Shown piece after piece: positions 55,371-64,000 of a stretch of DNA of 64,000 nucleotides (position 1 is the first letter of the stretch; each line of letters opens with the position of its first letter). Under the pieces are notes generated by a model that searched no databases, was not told the origin of the DNA, and saw only the letters and a list, made by a program, of their open reading frames with translations. Origin of the DNA: the human T2T-CHM13v2.0 reference genome, Homo sapiens; NCBI RefSeq assembly GCF_009914755.1, contig NC_060939.1. One strand, 5' to 3'. A program made the translations under genes and the position numbers.

Positions 55371-57394
55371 CTACCTTTATTATTAATGATTATTCCTTTG
55401 CCATTCTTATGAAGCATTGAGGATAATATATGTCTCATAAGTGAATTTTCCAGTGATTAAGGCTTAATACTTTGAGCAGTCACACATACCCGTTTTTTTA
55501 TATTTTTGGATGGAACTCTTGCTAACAGTGAGATCTGTTATTAACACATACTTACATATTAGAAGAATTGGAATTGCCTCTAAGGTATCATTATACTGAA
55601 TATTAAATTTAGCCTTAGGGTGCAATAGGAGTGTCTCCAGGAAGACAACTTATCCCTATCCTAAGTGGCCCCAAAGAACTCTTTTTCTATAATTGTTACT
55701 TTCAATAACGCTGTTGTTACTATTTTTCGATCCTCTATTTTGAGGATCTCAGTTGGCAGTCCATGTGGCCGTGAGTTTACCTGCCTCTAGGAACTTCTCA
55801 AAACTTCTATTTTTATTGTTAAAATGTTGCGAATTAGAAAAGCGGGAGATAACCCTGTCGTTTATTAAAGGAATAGTAAAGATTTCAAGGATAACCTTCG
55901 CCATGAGTAAAGTCTCTGTATTTTCTGCTATGTATTTTATATAGCTTTTATTCCCACTTTCCCCAAATTCCTATCAGTACAATTTCTCTTTTAAAGACAT
56001 TTTATACTGGAAGAACATGTTTAGCTTATAATAAGAGAAATGTGGCCCCCTCATTCACTCTTGAGAAAAGTCTGACACACCATGTACTCAGAAAAACAAT
56101 GAAAATGAAACAGCCAGCTGCTTAGCTCATTTGAACCTAATCCAGACTTAGGGTGTGGAGACTTTTACGATGTTTAAGTTAAATTTGAGATCCCACTTAG
56201 AACTGGAATAGCTATATCAGTATTACGACTTATTTAAGTACATTTATAAAAAGCAAACAGTTTTGTCTGTTTAGTCAGAAATCCAATTGTACTGATACAT
56301 ACGCAAATGCAAGAAAAACACTTTAATTTTTTTCCATTTGATTTTCTTTTGAAGTGTTTGGGCCACATTTGATGATTCACATTGAATGACGGCTATATGT
56401 GCCTTTGAGAGATCAGAGATATAATTAACATATATAACCATTCCTATCTCTAAGAAAAGATCTGTTTCACTAAAAGGTCAATTTTTATGGCCAGTTTATT
56501 GAGGCACAAGGAGGTCACAATGCCAAGTGTCTGGAGTGTGGACGGTAACTCCAGGTTGTAATGTTTTGCTGTCTGTAAATGACTGGTTGCCTGATGCCAT
56601 GTAGGTTTGCACCTGTCTTAATAACAACAGCAGGCGAAAAACGTGTTTTAGATGAGTTACTTGTTCCTAGGGTTGGTCTAATAACAATAACTGCCAAAGT
56701 AATAAATTGTCAAGTCAAGTGTTTAAAGGTTTGGCTTAGAGGTCACACTTTCATGTTAACTTCACTGATTAAAAGTGAGACTTCCCAAATATTGTTTCTG
56801 CTTTCAAAAACTGAAAAAAAATTAAGTTTACAGAGAGACCACAAACACACCAGAAGAAAGCTGGACTTGTATGCTACCAGGTCAGCTGCTAGAACTTTCT
56901 TGTAACAAAAAAAAATCGATTCAAATAAAAAGTGAGCTAAATAAGCTCTAAGGAAGGAGTGCAATGGTGTCCAGAAGCAATTGCACAGTTAAAACAGTAA
57001 AGAGATGGCATGAAATTCATGGATCACAAATGCTAAGGGAAGTTTTAAAGGATTGGTGAGGAAGTGAAGGTCAGAGAAGACAGGGGCTGCAGAGTCCCGG
57101 ATGTCAGGTTGACCTTAAAAGATGCAACAGTTCATTTTATTAATTCTTTTTTTTTCTGCATTGCACATCTATCATGAGTGAAACGCCGTGCTATGTGCAA
57201 GGACTACCAGCAGACCAAAAGTGAAGCCAGTGAGGCCCAGGAACCACCAATACCCCCGGTACTGAGCAAGAAGGGTGAGCAAGAAGAGTTAGGGAAGAGG
57301 ATTTTTGATGAAGCTTAACACCATGGCAGTGATAAGCCGCCAAAAGCCTATCACCTTCTAGGAAAAGGGTAATATTTTATTTACAAGTATATTT

Positions 57395-57645
57395 ATTTGC
57401 TGGTATTTACATAGCAGTTACTTTACATGAAACACTAAGAAATTACAAACATACATTCATTAAATCTACAAAACAGCCCTATGAGGTAGGTACTATTATT
57501 TTCTTCCACTCAGCATATGAAGAAACTAAGGCAAGCACAGATTAAATATCTTCTCAACATTACACAGCTAGTAAGAGGTGGAGCTGGGATTTAAACCCAG
57601 GCATCCCAGTTGCTGCATTCATCTTCTTATCCACTGCACCACACT
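57395..57645 (-). mobile_element. MIR
   Basis: cagccctatgaggtaggtactattat...gagctgggatttaaacccagg. Confidence 0.8.
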
Positions 57646-57984
57646 GGGGGAAGACTACACTTTCATGTCTATGTCTAGTACTTCAACTAATGGCTGGTAC
57701 GGAACAGGCACTAACCACATGTCTGTTGTATGAAAGCTGCATGATAACAAAAGTAAGCATCAACTCCAGGGGTTTAAGGGAGGCATTCTGCCTTAGAGAG
57801 GGAGCATTGCACAGATGGTTCTGTTTTCTGTTAGAGCAGGAGCCAATCTCAGGCCCTAGCAAGGCAAAGCCTGCAGGTGGATTCAACAAAGAACAATTGG
57901 CAAGAATAGGGACAGGTTCCAAGTGAGCTCACAGGTTCATTATTCTCCTCAGTTACAATGTTTAGAGCAACTCACTCAGGCTTA

Positions 57985-59300
57985 TGCATCCATTAAATAG
58001 ATATTTCTGCTGCAACTCCTTGGTGCCACGCACTGTTCTCAGTGCTAGAACGACAGCAGAACACTAGCAGACAGAGTATTTTAATAAGAACAAGATGATA
58101 TAATCAAGTTAATTGCAGATTGTCAATAGCGCTATTAAGACTCGTTGGGGCGTAGGGTACTGGGCGGGTGGTCAATTTCACTAGGAAACTCGGCTCTCCT
58201 TAAGGAGTTGTTATTTGAGCAAGGACCTGAGGATTAAGAAGGATCCATCTATGCAGCGGAGCTAGGGAGGGAAGAGAACTTCCAGCAGACGCAACCTCCA
58301 GTGTCAAGGCCCAGATGTGGGAAGGCTCTGGCGTACTCACCAACCAGGGAGGGGCAGCAGAGGAAGAGCCTCCTGGGCAAGGGGCAAGCGATGTGGGATG
58401 AGGTGGAGAGAGATGAGGCCAGACAGTGCAGGAGCTAGTGCGCATGGCAAAGATTCTGGAGATTATGCTAAGAGAAATGAGAAATCCTGGGAGAGTTCAA
58501 AGCAGTGGATCATCTATGTTTGAAAAAGGTTGGCACAAATTGCATGTGGAAGATAAATCGATTAGGGTAACAGTAGAAGCAGGAAAGGTGTTGCCATAGG
58601 GTCGATGATGCTTATTTATATGTGTCAACTTGCCTGGGCTAAGAGATGCCCAGAGAACTGGAATAACAATCTTTCCGGGCATATCTGTGAGGATGTTTCC
58701 CGAAGAGATTAGTATTTGAATCAGGAGACTGGTAAAGAAGATCCAGCCTCACTAATGTGCGTGGTCATCATGTAACCCACGGAGGGCCCAAATGGAAAAA
58801 AAAATGGCAGAGGAAGGGTGAGTTCTCTCTCTTCTTGAGCTGTGACTTCCATCTTCTCCTGCCCTAGGACATCAGAGCTCCTGGTTCTCGGGTCTTTGGA
58901 CTGCATGGTTTAACACTGGTGAACCCCACAGGGTTAAGCCTTTGGCCTCAGACTGAATTGCAATATGGACTTTCCCTCGTTCTCCTCCGGCATATCTCCT
59001 ATGCATCTATATCTACATCTATCCTATTAGATCTACTTCTCTGGGGAACGCTAATACAAAGCCTATGGAGGAAAGATAATGTCTGGGAACTGGGTAGAGC
59101 CAGAGGAGAGGAAGCAGCAGCAACAAGAAGTTGACAGATACTATAAATACAGACAAGGTTTGGCAATGCATCACAGTGGGGGAACAGGGAAAGGAAGGAG
59201 TCAGAGGTGGTTTGTAGCATTTTGTTTTGAGCTACAGGGTGTGAAATGGTGCTATGGTTTAAGATGGGGAATGCTAAAGAGAGAGGAAGTATGGGAGAAT
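57985..59300 (-). mobile_element. L2, interrupted by MLT2
   Basis: gggaagagaacttccagcag...agtgtcaaggccc; atgaggccagac; ggagagttcaaagcag. Confidence 0.7.
58602..59058 (+). mobile_element. MLT2 (ERVL) solo LTR
   Basis: atgtgtcaacttg...ggacatcagagctcctggttctcgg...ctaataca. Confidence 0.85.
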
Positions 59301-61099
59301 AAGTCACAACCTAGAGCTTTAACAACACATACATAAGGTATTTCACCCGATGGAAAAACTGTCTTCAGAATCAAGGCTTGTGCTAAGTTTAATATGACAT
59401 TAATACTAGCCATCTATAAATATGATACAGTAAATTAGATGTTTGGTAAGATGATAATAAAACATCTATTTTAATTAAAAAAATCTCAAAATGCCCTGAG
59501 GTCAGGGATAATGATTGATTCATACTAGGTGTTTAGTAAATCTTTGTTTGTTGAAATAAATCAAAATGAAGGTAAGAGGTGAAAAGGACCCAGACAAGAC
59601 ATAATAGGGTTTTTCCAGGCTCCACCATATCTCACCTGAGTGACTTGAGGGAAAGTTAAACTCCTGGAATTTCAATATTCTTATGTGTGGAATGTGGATT
59701 GTAAAGGAGACCATAATGGTTAAATAAAATATTACATGCAAATGTACAACCATCTGCACATGGGACCGGCAAACTTCTGTTCCTCTTCCTTCCTACAGCT
59801 TCAGCTCTAGTTTGCTCCCAAGCTTGAGTGTGTAAGCGTTTTTGCACAACCTCTGCATCTACTTAGATTACATCTTGTATTAGCATCTAAGACAGTATCA
59901 TGCATAGAGAAAGAACTGTTTCTGTTTGCTGGTTAACAACTTATTTTAATCAAATATAAACCCTCAGAAACACATATAAGTACCACAATGGACCTCAGTC
60001 TACAGGAATCTGTCGCCTATCTTTGCACTGAAGATCAATCCTCTGCTCTCTTCTTATTGACAGGCAGCCAAAGAATGAGAATTTGCCTTTCAGTCTATTG
60101 TGAGCAAAGTGAAATGATTTTCTCCCAGCATAACAAAACCTATAGGCAGCTATAAAATATAATTTCCTTTCAGCTTCTTGACAGACTTGTTATAAATTTC
60201 AGAGCACAGGAAAAAAAGGAGGGGCCACTTTAAGAGATAAATTTCATCATGTATGTCTGACAAACATATATACATTCACAGGCCCCCTTTTTTTAAGAGA
60301 GAGGAAAAAAAACTATGCTTTTAAACAGTCAAAGGTTAAGGTTCACTCCGTCATTCATGTGGTCTCATTCTCTTACGCATATTGAAATAGCTCAGAAAGA
60401 TTTATAACCGTGTTTCGTACAGTCAAAGTTCCAGTAAACGAGTCCCCTTTTGAAGGTTAAATATTTATGCTCTCATTTTCCTGCCTGACACAGAAAGCAA
60501 GAGTAAACCCATGTTAGTCAAAAAGCCATGGTGACAGACTGGCTTAGAACAAGAAAAGCCAGTGGGCACAATATTCAGATCATCCCCCATGCTCTTATAC
60601 TCTTATTTATCGGGGAAATGAATGAGTGAAAGAATGAATGAAAACTCTTACATGGCCTGTCTCCGGAAGCAGAATTAAATCACTTTGGCAAATGTGATTT
60701 TAAGTCAATCTAAAATTTCCCACATATTTAGCCTATTGAGTCAGATCTTTGAAATAATAATCATTATCCATCAAGGAACAGCAATTATAGCTAGTGAAAT
60801 ACTTTCACATGTACTTGAGCTTCATACCACTCTATAGAGTGAGCAGGCAGAAATTAGGTTATTTTATAAATGAACAAGTTGATGTTTTGAGCTGATGAAT
60901 GATTTGTCCTGTTTCACACAGGCAGTGAGTGACAGGATTGTGATAAGGTCTCCATTTTCTTGATACCTATTATAGTGATCTATCCATGTTGTCTTCTATG
61001 ATGGTGACAATAATAACAAATATTTATATAGCAAATTACAGTTTAACAGGGGTATGTCATGTTATCACGTTTGATTTTCAGGGCAGCCCCATGAGTCTT

Positions 61100-63330
61100 C
61101 TCTATATTGTTCTATTTTTTCCTAATATTTGTATAAAAGCAAAATGGACACATTTTGTAATGTACAATAAAATGAAAAACAGCCATTCCTTGACCTTTCA
61201 CCCTCGAGATCCTCATCCCTCGAAACAAACCATTTTCAACTCTTTTATTTATTGCTTCTGGTATTTATCCCCATGTTTATAAATAATAACTTTGCATTGC
61301 TATTTCCCAATTGTTCAGTTTTAGATATTACCTGTTGACTTCTACTGTGGGGCTCTTAACCCCACCCCTCACACACACAAATACATACTTTCTTAGTCAA
61401 TTTCTCACTAGAGTTATAAAACAATAGTCAATATTTAGTGTTTACATTACCATGACCACTTAAATATTGTTTACAGTTACAGCAGAAAGTACTAAATTTC
61501 CTGTCTGTATTTCACGGTTTTGTTCAACTTCTTGTTTTTATTTCTCCCCTGAAGTTAATAAATGTAATATTTTTTCTTAGTTTCCTAGGTACCTGTCAAG
61601 AATCTTATCCCAAACTCCTCTCAATTTGATCTTATATTTTAGGTAATGGTATTTAAAAAAAAAAAACACACAAACATACATTCTTCTAAATACTCAGGCC
61701 GCCTCTTGTCCCAGATTGGACAGTTTTGTCTCCAGGCCCAGTGCACAGCTGTCATCTAGGCATGTCCTGCCCTAGTCTGGTGGCACACATCCCTGCTTTC
61801 TCTTTCACTCCCTTGACTTAATTTCCTTATTTAGACGGAGCATATCCTCTGGTAGCTTTCTGAGAAAGAAGCATGAAAGAATAACACTTTGAGAACTTTT
61901 AGAAGAAAATGTCTTTATTTCTCCTCACAACGGATCCATAGTTTAGGCCTGTCTTAGGTTGAAAAAAAAAATTCAGAATTATAAAAACATTCTTTCACTT
62001 TCTTCTCTTCCATATTGTTTTTGAAGTGGCCAAAGACATTCTGATTCTTCCTACTCTGTATGTATATGTGATCTGTTCTTCCTTTTGAGAGCTTTAAAAC
62101 TTTTATTCCTGAATTCCTGAAATGGCATGATATGTTACCTGGATGCTGGTCTTTTCTCATTCATTACTTTGAATTCTTAGTGGGGGCATTTGAATCTGGG
62201 AATCCATAGCCTTGGATTCTTAGAAGTAACTTGTTTAATTTATAATTTCATTCTGTTGGTTTACTCTGAAAATCCTATCAGTTCAATATTGAATCTCCTG
62301 GATTTTATATTGAATTTCTTATTTTTTAAAATAATTATCTCTCACTTTTTGTTTCCATTTTTTCAGGATTTTTTAAATCAAAGTAAAAGGTATATGGAGT
62401 GAAATGCAAAGATTCTACATGTACAGTTGAATGAGTTTTGAAGGGTGTATACCATAGTTACCACTTATTTGTAGTTTCACATTCCATAGTCTTAGTTACC
62501 CAAGGTACAGTACAATAAGACATTTTGAGAGAGAGGACATAGTCATATAACATTTATTACAGTATATTGTTATAATTGTTCTATTTTATTATTAGTTATT
62601 ATTATCTCTTATTGTGCCTCATTCATAAATTTATGATAGGCATCTACATGTAGGATAAAATATATTATATATAGAATTTGGTTCTGTCCATGGTTTCAGG
62701 CATCCACCAGGAGCCTTGGAACTTACTTCCTGAGAATAAGCGAGGGAAGCCTGTAGGCCTATGTGACCATCCTGTGTGGCCCATGTGACCACACAGTTAC
62801 AATATAGAGCATTTCCATGACCCCATCTGGACAGTTCCACCCATACTCTGTAGAATAATCACTGCTCTGATTTCTATCACCATAGATTGGTTTTGCCTAT
62901 TCTTGAATTTTATATAATTGAATCGTGTAATATGTACTCTATTAATATTTTTTGTTTAACATCTAACCTGATTACTGAGATTTTATTTTGGCTGAAACAT
63001 TTTTTAGTTTCCACGAGTCCCTTCTTATTCTCAACTCAATTATTTTCATCTCAAATTGTTCTTTCATGAGTGAGATATCTATTCTTAACTGTCTTAGGAT
63101 ACGAATTCTTTGTTTACTTTTTTTGCGGAATGAAGAGGAGTTTTCTTCTACTTTCCTTTTTCTCTGGATTCCTTTTCTATATTTATTTCAGTTTGCCTTC
63201 ATTCTGGATGTGTTCCTTAAATGTCCTGTGATTTTTGGCTTTCCAGTCCTATTTAATACGGAATACAGTCTGATTAAAATATCAAAGATCTATCTGGGGT
63301 TAAAGACATTGTTGACTGGTAAGACTTACT
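61100..63330 (-). mobile_element. Very old L1M/L1ME fragments
   Basis: T-rich decayed L1-like segments (agagcatttccatgacccc; ttttgcctattcttgaatttt). Confidence 0.55.
62455..62754. mobile_element. Tigger4/MER46-like DNA transposon
   Basis: tattacagtatattgttataattgttctattttattattag; ggtttcaggcatccac. Confidence 0.75.
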
Positions 63331-63440
63331 CATGAAATAACTGAGGATTCAAAAATTATGTTGTGGAACATCCTTCTTCATCCAATTGGTAATGCCAGTT
63401 GGCATTCTGGAAGCTAAATTAGAAGAATCCTGATGGTCTC

Positions 63441-63960
63441 TATAAGTCAGGGTTCAACCAGAGAATTAGAACTAGTAGGAGATATAGGTATCTAGATGGA
63501 AATAAATATATAGATATAGGTCTATATCTTTATCTATATATGTCTATATGTACATAAATAAAGAGATTTATTTCAAGGCATTGGTTCATGCAATTGTTGG
63601 GGCTAGCTAGAGAAATTCAAAGTTCATAGACGAGGCAATTGGGAAGGGCAGATCACAAGCAGACTGGAACCCTAGGCATACAGGCTGAATTTTTTGTCCA
63701 CATGCCTCAGTCAAGAAGGAAAACCCAGAGGGTAGGGAGAGCAATTGCATAGCCAACAGCTGTTTGAAGTTTCTGGACCCAAGAAAGACCTATGCCCTTT
63801 CTTAAAGAGCTTGCCTTATTGGGCACGGCTACTCAGAATGATCTATTTTTTGATTAACTTAAAGTCAATGTATTAAATATTTCATTCACATCTTCAGAAT
63901 ACATTCGCAGTAGCACCTAGATTCATGTTTGACAGAATAACTGAGAGAGGGTGTGTACTA
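63441..63960 (-). mobile_element. MLT2-like old ERVL LTR
   Basis: agtcagggttcaaccagaga...gagatttatttcaaggcattggttcatgcaattg. Confidence 0.65.
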
Positions 63961-64000
63961 CTACTATATGGCTGCTGCCTTGCTCTATCCTCCAACCATT

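Overview
Primate, almost certainly human, non-coding genomic DNA; a human-specific L1HS-Ta element is present. I find no supportable protein-coding gene, tRNA/rRNA or CRISPR array. Much of the window is interspersed repeats: L1HS, old L1M, about a dozen Alu/FLAM copies, ERV9 LTR12, THE1/MST/MLT, MER21/39/51/57, MER53, Charlie1, Tigger4, MIR and L2. Repeat subfamily names come from remembered consensus sequences and need RepeatMasker/Dfam confirmation. The most notable object is a very young 5'-truncated L1HS Ta-1 insertion (3523-5219, minus strand). It carries a 24-nt 3' transduction with its own AATAAA, an in-frame ~240-bp internal ORF2 deletion at a 3-nt microhomology, and no target-site duplication, which suggests an insertion-associated deletion. 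Other unexplained structure includes two short copies apparently templated from ~1.5-1.8 kb upstream, a compound L1MA with a thrice-repeated target site, a 201-bp pure-purine Alu tail enclosed by the Alu TSD, several tandem duplications, and repeat-free motif-rich blocks that may be enhancers or a promoter. I found no convincing new biological system; the findings are genome-evolution and regulatory candidates.
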